DNA of 64,000 nt. Source: an uncultured Prochlorococcus sp. (GTDB lineage Bacteria > Cyanobacteriota > Cyanobacteriia > PCC-6307 > Cyanobiaceae). The stretch covers positions 16,659 to 80,658 of the forward strand of contig CACJUL010000001.1 in the NCBI GenBank assembly GCA_902596585.1, read 5' to 3'. Below the pieces are notes generated by a model. It ran no database searches. It was not told the origin of the DNA and saw nothing but the letters and a program-made list of their open reading frames with translations. Shown piece after piece: positions 54,538 to 64,000 of this stretch. Positions within the stretch are counted from its first letter, which is position 1. Each line of letters begins with the position of its first letter. Made by a program: the position numbers and the translations under genes.

Positions 54538-55269
54538 CTATGAATTCTCATTTGAACGATCCTCAAATTGCTGAGGTCTTCTACTAGCTTTCCTCTTAGG
54601 GGTTGCACCCACTGGGATGGTTTGTTCTTCCTTAGGGAGAACTTCTCCTTTAAAAACCCAAACCTTAATTCCAAGAACACCGTAAGTTGTGTTAGCTTCC
54701 CGCGTTGCATAGTCAATTTCAGCTCTCAAAGTATGTAAAGGAACTCTACCTTCTCTAGTCCACTCGGTTCTAGCAATTTCGGCGCCATTTAACCTTCCAC
54801 CAACTTGTATTTTAAGACCTAGGACTCCAGCCCTTTGAGCCCTCTGTAAGGCCATCCTTATAGTTCTTCTAAAGGCGACTCTTTTTTCAAGTTGTTGCGC
54901 AATATATTAAGCAAGTAAAAAAGCATCAGCATCAACCCGCTCAACTTCAACAACATTAATCCTAACTTGTCTGGTTCTGTCACCAATAGTTTTTTGTATT
55001 CCAGATCTTAATTCTTCAATACCACTTCCTTGTCTTCCAACAATGACTCCTGGTCTTGCTGTTTTTAATTCAAGTTCAAGTTGATCAGCTTTTCTAGCTA
55101 TTAAAATATCGCTAATTCCAGCTGCACCATATTTTTTCTGTATGAAAGTACGAATTTTAAAATCTTCTTGGAGAAGAATTGGATATGTTTTTGAAGTAGC
55201 AAACCATTTTGAGCGATGCTCTTGTGTGATTCCTAATCTTAGTCCAGAAGGATGAATTTTATGACCCAT
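54538..55269 (-). CDS. rpsC: 30S ribosomal protein S3, interrupted by an in-frame TAA at codon 121
   Basis: One 732-nt frame: MGHKIHP...[22 protein letters not shown]...[10 protein letters not shown]...PLHTLRA. The stop is at 54907-54909. Confidence 0.95.
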
Positions 55270-55655
55270 TAGTTTTGTACCTCCACATTAGTTTGAGATG
55301 GAACAGATTCAACAGAAATACTAATATGGCAAGTCTGTTTTTTGATAGAAAAAGCTCTACCTTGAGCTCTAGGCCTATACCTCTTCATTACAGGGCCATT
55401 ATTAGCCCATGCAGATGAAATAACTAAGGTAGATGGATCAATCCCAAGATTATGCTCTGCATTAGCCACTGCAGATCTAAGAACTTTAGTAATAGGATCA
55501 GTGGATCTATAAGGCATAAATTCCAACATAATCAAAGCATCTCTATATGAGCGACCTCTTATTTGATCCAAAACTCTTCTCACCTTAGAAGCCGATCCAC
55601 GTACATAGTTTCCATGAGCGATAGCTCTTTTTGTTGATTCAGGTGTTTTTGTCAT
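55269..55655 (-). CDS. rplV: 50S ribosomal protein L22
   Basis: [24 protein letters not shown]. Confidence 0.99.
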   Translation of the reverse strand: MTKTPESTKRAIAHGNYVRGSASKVRRVLDQIRGRSYRDALIMLEFMPYRSTDPITKVLRSAVANAEHNLGIDPSTLVISSAWANNGPVMKRYRPRAQGRAFSIKKQTCHISISVESVPSQTNVEVQN

Positions 55656-55930
55656 GATTTTGCTCCTTTCTTATCCCTTATGTGACCACGATAAGTGCGT
55701 GTAGGAGCAAATTCACCAAGTTTATGACCGATCATTTGTTCGGTTATAAATATAGGTATGTGAGTCTTACCATTATGTACTGCGATTGTGTGGCCAATCA
55801 TGACAGGTAAAATTGTAGATGCTCTAGACCAAGTTTTAATAACAGATTTGTCATTATCAGTATTTTGTTTTTCTACCTTTTTGAGCAAGCTATCTGCTAT
55901 AAAAGGTCCTTTTTTTAGTGAACGTCCCAT
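55652..55930 (-). CDS. rpsS: 30S ribosomal protein S19
   Basis: [24 protein letters not shown]. Confidence 0.99.
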   Translation of the reverse strand: MGRSLKKGPFIADSLLKKVEKQNTDNDKSVIKTWSRASTILPVMIGHTIAVHNGKTHIPIFITEQMIGHKLGEFAPTRTYRGHIRDKKGAKS

Positions 55931-55967
55931 GTTTATAAAATAATAATTGAAGTAATAAATGAAGTAA

Positions 55968-56831
55968 TCAAGAGTCTCTTCCTCCTCTACTTCTCTTAGA
56001 AACGCGACGACGTCTTCGAACTACTAATTTATTACTTGGTTTGTTCTTTTTACGTGTCTTTAACCCAAGAGCTGGTTTACCCCATGGAGTAACAGGGCCA
56101 GCTCTACCAATTGGTGCTTTTCCCTCTCCTCCTCCATGTGGATGATCACATGGGTTCATTACACTTCCTCTTACTTGAGGCCTTCTTCCTAGCCATCTTC
56201 TTCTTCCAGCTTTACCTAAGCTAGTGTTTCTTATTTCTGAGTTTCCAACTTCTCCAAGAGTTGCGTAACATTCTTTTCTAACAAGTCTTACCTCTGTCGA
56301 TGGGAGTTTTAAAGCAACATAATCTCCCTCTTTTGCCATAACTTGAGCACTAGATCCTGCGGACCTAACCATCTGAGCACCTCTTCCTGCATATAATTCA
56401 ACACAATGAACGCTAGATCCTAATGGCATAACTGAAAGTGGCATTGCGTTACCGTCTTCAATAGGAACACTCTCTCCGGATATAACATTTTGGCCGACTT
56501 TTACTCCAGCTGGAGCAATAATGTATCTTTTTTCTCCATCTTCGTAAAATAAAAGTGCAAGCCTTGCATTCCTATGAGGATCGTAGTGTATAGCTGCAAC
56601 TTTAGCGTTAATGTTTCTTTTATCTCTTCTGAAATCGACTATTCTATATTGCCTTTTGTGACCACCTCCACGATGACGACAAGTAATAACTCCACGATTA
56701 TTCCTGCCTTTTAATCTATGTTTCGAGACAATAAGGGATCGCTCAGGTTTTGAACTTGTTATTTCACTAAAATCTGTGACTACTCTCTGTCTAGTGCCAG
56801 GTGTATAAGGTTTAAATTTACGAATTGCCAT
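55968..56831 (-). CDS. rplB: 50S ribosomal protein L2
   Basis: [26 protein letters not shown]. Confidence 0.99.
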   Translation of the reverse strand: MAIRKFKPYTPGTRQRVVTDFSEITSSKPERSLIVSKHRLKGRNNRGVITCRHRGGGHKRQYRIVDFRRDKRNINAKVAAIHYDPHRNARLALLFYEDGEKRYIIAPAGVKVGQNVISGESVPIEDGNAMPLSVMPLGSSVHCVELYAGRGAQMVRSAGSSAQVMAKEGDYVALKLPSTEVRLVRKECYATLGEVGNSEIRNTSLGKAGRRRWLGRRPQVRGSVMNPCDHPHGGGEGKAPIGRAGPVTPWGKPALGLKTRKKNKPSNKLVVRRRRRVSKRSRGGRDS

Positions 56832-56843
56832 GATTAAAACTCC

Positions 56844-57146
56844 TTATGATTCTGGAAATAATTGGATTTTGTCTCCTTCAGCAAGACGTACAATTGCCTT
56901 TTTGACCTGAGAACGTTTCCCGGAAAATTTCCCGACTCTTCTTGTTCTCCTAGGAGGATTCATAGTGTTAACTCCTATAACTTTAACACTAAACAAGGCT
57001 TCAATAGCTGCCTTTATTTGAGGCTTGGCCGCTCTATGATCTACTTCAAAAGTATATTGGTTAAGATCCAGTGCATTTGTAGCTTTCTCAGTAATAACTG
57101 GCTTTCGTATTACATCGGCTAAACGAGAATCAAATAATTTACTCAT
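56844..57146 (-). CDS. rplW: 50S ribosomal protein L23
   Basis: PVITEKA, KKAIVRL. Confidence 0.99.
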   Translation of the reverse strand: MSKLFDSRLADVIRKPVITEKATNALDLNQYTFEVDHRAAKPQIKAAIEALFSVKVIGVNTMNPPRRTRRVGKFSGKRSQVKKAIVRLAEGDKIQLFPES

Positions 57147-57775
57147 GATGCATAAACCTCCTGAATTTTATTTATCGCTGATTGACCTATTACCAATTTA
57201 TTAGCATTGAGAATATCAAATACATTTAATTGATCGGCGGCGATTAATTTTACTTTTTCGATATTGTTGATAGATTTTTTTATGATATCGGAAGGACTAT
57301 CAAGAATAACCAAAACTTTTTCAGTTTTTTGTATTCCTAATCGAGCAAGGCCATTGATGATGTCACTCGTTTTAGGCTGCTTTAAAGTAGATCCAAAATC
57401 TTCAACAGCTTTAATATCAGATACTCTGGACATAAGTGCTGTTCTAAGAGCTAATCTACGTTCCTTACGATTCATATCAAGATTGTAAGAACGTGGCTTC
57501 GGCCCAAAAATAATTCCTCCACCTGGTCTTAATGGTGTCCTTATTGATCCTTGACGAGCTCTACCTGTACCTTTCTGTTTATATGGCTTTCTGCCGCCTC
57601 CACGTACTTCAGATCTTGTCAAAGTTGATGCTGTTCCTTGTCTTTTATTTGCTAACTGCCTAAGGACGGCTCTATGGATTAAGTCTGCCGAAGAAGTTTC
57701 TTTAGCAACAGGTAAATCAAGAGTAACTTTTCCTGATTTCTTACCATCCCACTTAAGAGTTTCGAGTGTTGTCAT
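57143..57775 (-). CDS. rplD: 50S ribosomal protein L4
   Basis: [25 protein letters not shown]. Confidence 0.99.
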   Translation of the reverse strand: MTTLETLKWDGKKSGKVTLDLPVAKETSSADLIHRAVLRQLANKRQGTASTLTRSEVRGGGRKPYKQKGTGRARQGSIRTPLRPGGGIIFGPKPRSYNLDMNRKERRLALRTALMSRVSDIKAVEDFGSTLKQPKTSDIINGLARLGIQKTEKVLVILDSPSDIIKKSINNIEKVKLIAADQLNVFDILNANKLVIGQSAINKIQEVYAS

Positions 57776-58425
57776 GATTTTTCACCTCCTTTTTTGCCTA
57801 CGACATTGTTTGGCTTAATGTTGACAATTGAGCCAGGCTTACCTGGGACAGAACCTTTCACAACAAGCAAATTTTTCTGGTCATCAATTTTTAGAACTAA
57901 CAAACCTTTAGTAGTTATCTGTTTTCCTCCATATCTACCTGCCATTCTTTTCCCTGGATAAATTCTGCCTGGGGTTGTTCCTGCTCCTGTAGATCCAGGT
58001 GCCCTATGATTTTTTGAACCATGACTCATAGGACCTCTGCTAAAACCATGTCTTTTCTGATAACCAGCAAAACCTCTACCCATGGATTTGCCACTGATAT
58101 CAACTTTTTGACCAACCTCAAAGTTTTTTACAGTTATTTGATTACCGACTTCATAAGATGAAGTTTCCTCAACCCTATATTCTTTCAAATGCTTTAAAAG
58201 TTCTTCACCGGATTTCAACAAATGTCCCTTTTTAGGTTTACTTATATGCTTCTCTTTGGACAAACCATAACCTATCTGAACGGCGGCATAACCATCCAAA
58301 GCTGTAGTTTTCAATTGCGTTACTCGGCAAGGGCCCGCCTCAATAAGAGTTACTGGTACCGAATTACCTTTGTCGTCGAAAAGTTGGGACATGCCCAGTT
58401 TCTTTCCTAAAATTCCTATAGACAT
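57772..58425 (-). CDS. rplC: 50S ribosomal protein L3
   Basis: [25 protein letters not shown]. Start taken at MSIGILG (58425) rather than 58461. Confidence 0.99.
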   Translation of the reverse strand: MSIGILGKKLGMSQLFDDKGNSVPVTLIEAGPCRVTQLKTTALDGYAAVQIGYGLSKEKHISKPKKGHLLKSGEELLKHLKEYRVEETSSYEVGNQITVKNFEVGQKVDISGKSMGRGFAGYQKRHGFSRGPMSHGSKNHRAPGSTGAGTTPGRIYPGKRMAGRYGGKQITTKGLLVLKIDDQKNLLVVKGSVPGKPGSIVNIKPNNVVGKKGGEKS

Positions 58426-58501
58426 AAGACTAAGTAAGGCTAGCTCGTAATAATTTTTCAATTATCTAAAACTTTCAGTTAATTAAAAAACAATTAGAAT
58501 A

Positions 58502-58627
58502 AGGTTGAGACTTATCTATAGATTTAGATAGTTTCTCTCGGGTTTAAACCCACCTGAATTTTTAACGAAACGCTAAAAAGCGTGAAATTTTAAAGAGGCT
58601 CGGCTAGCTTGCGAGCTTAAAAATTCA
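58502..58627 (-). promoter_or_regulatory. Highly structured 5' leader of the rplC operon (two multi-stem junctions)
   Basis: Perfect 11-bp stem 58555-65/58617-27 enclosing hairpins 58570-83 and 58598-616; palindrome GGGTTTAAACCC at 58540-51; hairpin at 58507-37. Confidence 0.7.
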
Positions 58628-58688
58628 CTGGATTACAATTGTACATCATCAAGTACCATAAAATAAAATAAAAATAAAGGAATTTTTT

Positions 58689-59165
58689 ATGCCATTACTT
58701 CTCACAGGTAAAAAGTTTCATAAAGATTTAAAAACTAACAAATGTCTTGCAATTTTTGCTCCCCTTGAAGGTGGCTATGAAACTCGTCTTTTGAGGAGAA
58801 TGAGGGCCAAAGGCTTTAAAACTTACATAACCTCAGCAAGAGGGCTTGGAGATCCAGAAGTATTCTTGCTCAAATTACATGGGGTTAGACCACCTCACCT
58901 TGGTCATCAAAGTGTAGGAAGAAACGGCGCACTCGGAGAAGTTCAACGAGTAATCCCACAAGCTTCTGAATTATTTAATGAAAATGATAAAAATAAATTA
59001 ATTTGGTTGTTAGAAGGTCAAGTATTGTCTCAATCTGAATTAGAGAGCTTAATAGAAATTTGCACTAAAGATAATAAACTAACAATTGTTGTTGAAATGG
59101 GGGGTTCAAGAAAACTTGAATGGAAGCCATTAAATGATTATATTTTGGATGAATTTGAAAGTTAA
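58689..59165 (+). CDS. ndhN: NAD(P)H-quinone oxidoreductase (NDH-1) subunit N
   Basis: [30 protein letters not shown]. Confidence 0.96.
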   Translation: MPLLLTGKKFHKDLKTNKCLAIFAPLEGGYETRLLRRMRAKGFKTYITSARGLGDPEVFLLKLHGVRPPHLGHQSVGRNGALGEVQRVIPQASELFNENDKNKLIWLLEGQVLSQSELESLIEICTKDNKLTIVVEMGGSRKLEWKPLNDYILDEFES

Positions 59166-59170
59166 ATTGC

Positions 59171-60169
59171 TTGATTAAAACAAAAAATAAAAAAGATAAA
59201 TGGATTAAGTTAATTTGTGGTGCCAGTAATGAAGATATTGTTTCTATCGAAGATTTATGTGCAATTTATACTGCTGCTGGTGTCGACTACATAGATGTTG
59301 CCGCAGAAGAATCCATAGTTCATGCAGCAAAAAGAGGAATCGAGTGGGCAAAAAAACTGTTTAAAAACTCTCCTGGATTAATGATAAGCATTAGTGATGG
59401 TAAAGATATCCACTTTCGTAAAGCAAAATTTGATCCATTAAGATGTCCCCCTAATTGTCCAAGACCATGCGAAAAAGTATGCCCCACCTTTGCAATTGAT
59501 AATTCAGGGGTCAAACAGAGTAAATGTTATGGATGTGGAAGATGTTTAAATAGCTGTCCCCTAAATCTAATTAGTGAATATGAATATAATTTGTCAAAAG
59601 ATGATTTAGCATCAACACTTAAAAAAATAAAGCCTGATGCAGTAGAAATTCATACAGAAATCAACCGCTTAGATTCTTTTAAAAAAGTTGTAAGTATCCT
59701 GAAAACTTCTGAAACGAAATTAGAGAATATCTCTATCAGTTGTGGATTGAATCAAGCTTTCAAAAAATCTCAAGACCCCGAAGATCTTTTGAAAGCTCTT
59801 TGGGAAAGATATGAAATTCTTAATGAGCTTAATATTCCCCTTATTTGGCAACTAGATGGAAGGCCAATGTCTGGTGATCTTGCTCCTACAACAAGTAGAG
59901 ATTCAGTTAAATTATTTGAAAAAATAGGTTCAGATCTACCACCAGGATTAGTTCAATTGGCAGGAGGAACAAATGAAAAAACTCATGGATTTTTGAAGTC
60001 AAATAATCTTCCAGACGGAATAGCATTTGGAAGTGCTGCGAGAAAAATAATGCAGCCCCTTATAGAATTTGCTAACAAAAATAACAAAAGACTTTATGAG
60101 TATCCTGAAAGAATGGCTTTAGCGATCAAAAAAGCCCAGAAATTTCTAGAGCCATGGAAATCGAGCTAA
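59171..60169 (+). CDS. ldpA: Light-dependent period protein LdpA (2x4Fe-4S circadian input protein)
   Basis: WIKLICGAS, HFRKA, CPPNCPRPCEKVCP, CYGCGRCLNSCP, DGRPMSGD, QLAGGTN. Confidence 0.93.
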   Translation: MIKTKNKKDKWIKLICGASNEDIVSIEDLCAIYTAAGVDYIDVAAEESIVHAAKRGIEWAKKLFKNSPGLMISISDGKDIHFRKAKFDPLRCPPNCPRPCEKVCPTFAIDNSGVKQSKCYGCGRCLNSCPLNLISEYEYNLSKDDLASTLKKIKPDAVEIHTEINRLDSFKKVVSILKTSETKLENISISCGLNQAFKKSQDPEDLLKALWERYEILNELNIPLIWQLDGRPMSGDLAPTTSRDSVKLFEKIGSDLPPGLVQLAGGTNEKTHGFLKSNNLPDGIAFGSAARKIMQPLIEFANKNNKRLYEYPERMALAIKKAQKFLEPWKSS

Positions 60170-60272
60170 CACAAATAATATTTTTATATTGTAAAAACTG
60201 CGCCGAATTTATAAAAACTTTGTATTTTTTTGATAGAAAAAAATCTTCTCATGTATTAAAATAGAAATTTGA

Positions 60273-60344
60273 TGGGCCGTCGCCAAGTGGTAAGGCATCG
60301 GGTTTTGGTCTCGACATTCCTAGGTTCGAATCCTAGCGGCCCAG
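60273..60344 (+). tRNA. tRNA-Gln (anticodon TTG)
   Basis: Acceptor TGGGCCG/CGGCCCA, anticodon arm TCGGG-TTTTGGT-CTCGA, T-arm CTAGG-TTCGAAT-CCTAG. Confidence 0.97.
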
Positions 60345-60357
60345 TTCTAATATTTAA

Positions 60358-61137
60358 TTGGTGACTTTTCATAAAATATTTCTATTCGATTTTGATGGAG
60401 TAATAGTCGATGGAATGGAAGAATACTGGCATAGTTCTTTGTTGACTTGTGAGAAATTTTTAAATTCACCTAATATTACGGTTGATCAAAAACTATATAA
60501 AAAAGTACCAAATACTTTCAAAGAGATTAGGCCTTGGGTTAAATATGGTTGGGAAATGGTTTTAATTACTCATGAAATAATAAAAAAAGAAAATCCCTTA
60601 AACAATCTCAATAAAGATGATTATATTAATCAATATCAAAAAAATTGTCAGAGAATATTAAAAGAAAATTATTGGTTGGCAGAAGATTTACAGAAAAAAT
60701 TAGATAAGACTCGCGAGTACCAAATCGAAAAAGATTTTGAAAAGTGGGTGAATTTGCACAATCCATTTTTTGAAGTTGTAAAGTTTTTGGAAGAATTAAA
60801 GAAAAGAAAAATAATAACAGGAATTATTACAACAAAAGGGAAAATATTTGCTGAAAAAATTCTCAAGAAATTAAATATTTTTCCAGAATTTATTTTTGGG
60901 TATGAATCTGGAACAAAAATTAAAATAGCTGAAAAGCTTAGTCAAACTTATGAAATTTTAGGATTTATAGAAGATAGAAAAAAAACTCTAATTGAAATTA
61001 AACAAAATTCGAAAACTTCTCATATCCCTTGCTTTCTAGCTGACTGGGGATATTTGAAAAAATCAGATAGATATAATTTAAATAATGGAATTGAATTATT
61101 AACATTAGAAAATCTGGAGCAAATAGTTGCAATTTAA
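60358..61137 (+). CDS. HAD-family hydrolase
   Basis: LFDFDGVIVD, RPWVKYGWE, TTK, FIEDR, LADWGY. Start at 60358 (TTG) or 60361 (GTG). Confidence 0.88.
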   Translation: MVTFHKIFLFDFDGVIVDGMEEYWHSSLLTCEKFLNSPNITVDQKLYKKVPNTFKEIRPWVKYGWEMVLITHEIIKKENPLNNLNKDDYINQYQKNCQRILKENYWLAEDLQKKLDKTREYQIEKDFEKWVNLHNPFFEVVKFLEELKKRKIITGIITTKGKIFAEKILKKLNIFPEFIFGYESGTKIKIAEKLSQTYEILGFIEDRKKTLIEIKQNSKTSHIPCFLADWGYLKKSDRYNLNNGIELLTLENLEQIVAI

Positions 61138-61151
61138 AGATCATCAGTTAG

Positions 61152-61165
61152 AGTACGGATGTACT
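61152..61165 (+). promoter_or_regulatory. Cyanobacterial LexA (SOS) box overlapping the recA -10 element
   Basis: AGTACggatGTACT fits RGTAC-N3-DGTWCB; TATACT follows at 61165-61170; 85 nt upstream of recA. Confidence 0.85.
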
Positions 61166-61249
61166 ATACTTTGTATTTATGAAGTTTGGTTTAAATAAAA
61201 ATTTCCAAATCTAGAATAAGTACAAGAACTTTAATCGATAAATCAAACA

Positions 61250-62347
61250 ATGAGTCTTGAAGAAAAGAAAACAACTGAATCAAAAGAAAAAGACAAGGCA
61301 TTAAGTCTAGTCTTAGGCCAAATAGAAAGGAATTTTGGACGCGGATCAATAATGAGACTTGGCGACGCATCAAGAATGAAAGTAGAAACAATATCTACTG
61401 GTGCACTCACCTTAGATTTAGCATTAGGAGGAGGCTATCCAAAAGGAAGAGTAGTAGAAGTTTACGGACCAGAAAGTTCAGGAAAAACTACATTAACGCT
61501 TCACGCAATTGCAGAGGTACAAAAAAATGGAGGAGTGGCTGCATTTGTAGATGCTGAGCATGCACTTGATCCGGTTTATGCAGCCTCGTTGGGAGTTGAT
61601 GTTGAAAATTTGCTAGTTTCGCAACCAGACACTGGTGAAATGGCTCTAGAAATAGTTGATCAGCTAATAAGATCGAGTGCTGTAGATCTTGTAGTTGTTG
61701 ACTCGGTAGCAGCACTAACTCCAAGAGCCGAAATTGAGGGGGAGATGGGAGATCACGTAATTGGAAGCCAAGCAAGGCTAATGAGTCAAGCGATGAGGAA
61801 AATAACCGGAAACATTGGAAAGTCTGGATGTACAGTAATATTCCTGAATCAATTACGCCTAAAAATCGGCGTTACATACGGGAATCCAGAAACAACCACT
61901 GGAGGTAATGCATTGAAATTCTACGCCTCAGTGAGACTTGATATCAGAAGAATTCAAACTCTTAAAAGAGGTACAGAAGAATACGGCATAAGAGCAAAAG
62001 TGAAAGTAGCAAAAAACAAAGTTGCACCGCCATTTAGAATTGCAGAGTTTGATATTCTCTTCGGAAAAGGTATTAGTACAACAGGATGTCTATTAGATTT
62101 AGCAGAAGAGACTAACATCATAATAAGGAGAGGCGCTTGGTATAGTTATGAAGGAGAAAATATTGGACAAGGAAGAGATAATACAATTATTTGGCTTGAT
62201 CAAAACATAGAAATTAGAAATAAAGTAGAATCCATCGTTAAAGAAAAATTAACAGAAGGGACTGAAGTCAGTTCTAATTCAATGAAAGCATTAAATAGCA
62301 ATACCCCTAATACTATCGCTGTTAATGATATAAAAACAGTAGCTTAG
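61250..62347 (+). CDS. recA: Recombinase RecA
   Basis: [33 protein letters not shown]; no intein. Confidence 0.99.
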   Translation: MSLEEKKTTESKEKDKALSLVLGQIERNFGRGSIMRLGDASRMKVETISTGALTLDLALGGGYPKGRVVEVYGPESSGKTTLTLHAIAEVQKNGGVAAFVDAEHALDPVYAASLGVDVENLLVSQPDTGEMALEIVDQLIRSSAVDLVVVDSVAALTPRAEIEGEMGDHVIGSQARLMSQAMRKITGNIGKSGCTVIFLNQLRLKIGVTYGNPETTTGGNALKFYASVRLDIRRIQTLKRGTEEYGIRAKVKVAKNKVAPPFRIAEFDILFGKGISTTGCLLDLAEETNIIIRRGAWYSYEGENIGQGRDNTIIWLDQNIEIRNKVESIVKEKLTEGTEVSSNSMKALNSNTPNTIAVNDIKTVA

Positions 62348-62348
62348 A

Positions 62349-62594
62349 TTATAACGAATCAGCTAAAGTCCACCATCCAGCAGAAGGACCTATAAATCTA
62401 ACCACAATCCATAAAATCACCAACCCTCCAATTCCGAACCAACTAGTCTTAATAGTTAATTTAATTAGGCTATCTCTTTGATTAATTGTAAGGGGGAGCC
62501 ATTCAAATAATCTTGGGGACTCATCAAATTTAGCTTTTGTATTATTTTTTTTTGAAGGTAAACCCAATGTTTTTCTTCTTTTTGCTTCACCCAT
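62349..62594 (-). CDS. DUF2839-family membrane protein
   Basis: MGEAKRRK start and C-terminal VRFIGPSAGWW. Confidence 0.85.
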   Translation of the reverse strand: MGEAKRRKTLGLPSKKNNTKAKFDESPRLFEWLPLTINQRDSLIKLTIKTSWFGIGGLVILWIVVRFIGPSAGWWTLADSL

Positions 62595-62623
62595 ATTTAT
62601 CAAGTTATATAGAAAATCATAAC

Positions 62624-64000
62624 CTAATCGAAAGGTAACATGTAGTTAATTTTTTCGGAGGGTTGAATGTTTTGAACAAGTAATCTCCCCCAGTTTCTTT
62701 TATTTGCTCTCCCGTCTAAAATTATTAATTTACCTGAATTCTTTCTTAAAGGCGAAATAGATCTTTCAAGTTTGATTCTGGCTTGAGGAAGAAGGAAGTC
62801 TCTAAACCAGTCTTGAGAAAGCTTTTTTTTATGAAAGACTGTAATCGAATTAATAGGCTCTGACATGTTCGGAATCGGAAGTAAAGGAATGATGATTTGT
62901 TCTGGAATTTGTATTGAACAACAATTCATAATCCACCAATCATAACTAGAACAAAGAATTGCATTATTACGACTAGGGATTGTCTCAAGTAATACCCTCT
63001 TCCCATACTTAGAAGCTAATTTTGTAGCAATACTAGTTTTCAAAACAATATCGTCAGACAAAACTAAAGTTAGACCATTTCTAAAAAGTATTAACTTTTG
63101 GCATTTGTCTAAGATTGAATTTGTGAAAAGAGGATTATTGGGAAGCAACTGTTTGAATGGTATATATAATGAGATCTTTTTCTCTTCAAAATTGCTTTTA
63201 AAATTAATGACCAAGTCAATATCTAAACTATGCTTTTTAAAGTACATTTGCAAAAAATTATCTTTTCTCAAAGCTGATAAAAAAATAAATTTATTTTTAC
63301 AAAAAAATTGCTTAATTTGAGAAAGTTCATCTATTGGCTGCAAATACAAATTCCAATCTAAGTTTTTATCATTTAATTTTACCCAGCAAGCCCAACCTTG
63401 GGATAATGCTTTGTTAACCCTCTCAAATTTATTAGAAAAGCAAGAATTTTCATAAAAAAACTTTGAAAAAAAACTAATTTCTTTTTCATCTAAATTGATA
63501 TAACTATTACCTAAGACCTTTCTCATGAAGAATTTTTTCTTCAAAGAATTGTATACTGAAATAAATTTTTGATTGATTAGTTCAAATTGTTTAGAATTCT
63601 TTATCCAATCCTTTTGTAGTAGACAAATTCTAAAATGGTTTTTTAGATCTTCTATTATATCTTCAGTTCCAGAATAAACTATTCGATGATTTCTAAGATT
63701 AGAAGAATTGGGATCATTAAGTAGATCTTGTATTTTTATCAAGCGCACATGATGATTTGCAAAAATAATTTGATCATTTTTTAAAATATACTTAAAACCT
63801 AGATTTTTTAATGAATTAATTTGAAATTTGCGTATGAACTGAATTTTTTTTTCAGGTAAAATAAAAATTGAATCTTCTTCACTTAAAGATAGAGAAATCA
63901 AAATTGGGGGTAACCAATCATAGGTAGAGAAAATTTCTGAATTAATTAAGCATGTGGAATCATTTTCAATGCACTTGGAAATTATTCTTCCAAAGGAATA
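62624..64000 (-). CDS. Degenerate DinG/Rad3-like helicase C-terminal-domain protein (5' end beyond the window)
   Basis: Frame is open to base 64000; C-terminal LPIP..EP, DWFR..LLP..., PLR and LIILDGR resemble DinG helicase_C_2. Confidence 0.7.
   Translation of the reverse strand, partial: YSFGRIISKCIENDSTCLINSEIFSTYDWLPPILISLSLSEEDSIFILPEKKIQFIRKFQINSLKNLGFKYILKNDQIIFANHHVRLIKIQDLLNDPNSSNLRNHRIVYSGTEDIIEDLKNHFRICLLQKDWIKNSKQFELINQKFISVYNSLKKKFFMRKVLGNSYINLDEKEISFFSKFFYENSCFSNKFERVNKALSQGWACWVKLNDKNLDWNLYLQPIDELSQIKQFFCKNKFIFLSALRKDNFLQMYFKKHSLDIDLVINFKSNFEEKKISLYIPFKQLLPNNPLFTNSILDKCQKLILFRNGLTLVLSDDIVLKTSIATKLASKYGKRVLLETIPSRNNAILCSSYDWWIMNCCSIQIPEQIIIPLLPIPNMSEPINSITVFHKKKLSQDWFRDFLLPQARIKLERSISPLRKNSGKLIILDGRANKRNWGRLLVQNIQPSEKINYMLPFD

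Noticed and set aside
54538-54855. Separate 105-aa gene
   Set aside because: It is the in-frame C-terminal part of rpsC after the premature stop.
58226-58237. L3 reads KPKKGH where KPEKGH might be expected
   Set aside because: A single substitution that I cannot evaluate without an alignment.
58640-58657. TGTAC...GTACC as a second LexA box near rplC/ndhN
   Set aside because: Half-site spacing is too long for the consensus.
19-63320. Many 60-139 aa ORFs antisense to or overlapping known genes (e.g. 21575-21994, 47288-47605, 61488-61775, 37360-37629)
   Set aside because: They are shadows of conserved coding strands, with no recognisable motifs or independent start signals.
1-64000. CRISPR array, rRNA, IS/transposase, intact prophage, introns, or inteins in core genes
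   Set aside because: I saw no regularly spaced repeat array and no such genes; recA and the other core proteins have normal lengths.

Overview
The window is core-genome DNA of an AT-rich marine picocyanobacterium. Gene content, gene order and the divergent PsaA/PsaB/PsaL sequences point to high-light Prochlorococcus. In order it carries nusA-ylxR-infB, tRNA-Thr(CGT), an ArnT/GT2 glycosylation pair, a radical SAM gene, clpS, dapL, rne-rnhB, pheA, the str operon (rpsL-rpsG-fusA-tuf-rpsJ), Fd-GOGAT, lipA, a serine-recombinase-like gene, two peptidoglycan enzymes, psaL/psaI, psaB/psaA, cbiG-cobJ, tRNA-Ser(GCT), alr, an HNH nuclease, prfA, the rplC-to-rpmE ribosomal supercluster, ndhN, ldpA, tRNA-Gln(TTG), recA with a LexA box, and a degenerate DinG-like gene. 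I see no CRISPR array, rRNA, intact prophage or transposase. The clearest non-core signal is a 16-bp duplication of the tRNA-Ser 3' end that brackets about 200 bp of apparently foreign DNA. That insert is open almost end to end in one frame, starting with a LAGLIDADG-like motif (ILKGLHDTDG). Other points of interest are a resolvase lacking its catalytic residues but keeping its HTH, structured RNA leaders (rplC, psaA, fusA, rplE, dapL), zinc-free L36/L31, and three single-base anomalies (rpsC in-frame TAA, a probable ylxR frameshift, tRNA-Thr U2:G71) that may be assembly errors. Family assignments come from motif recognition only; no searches were run.
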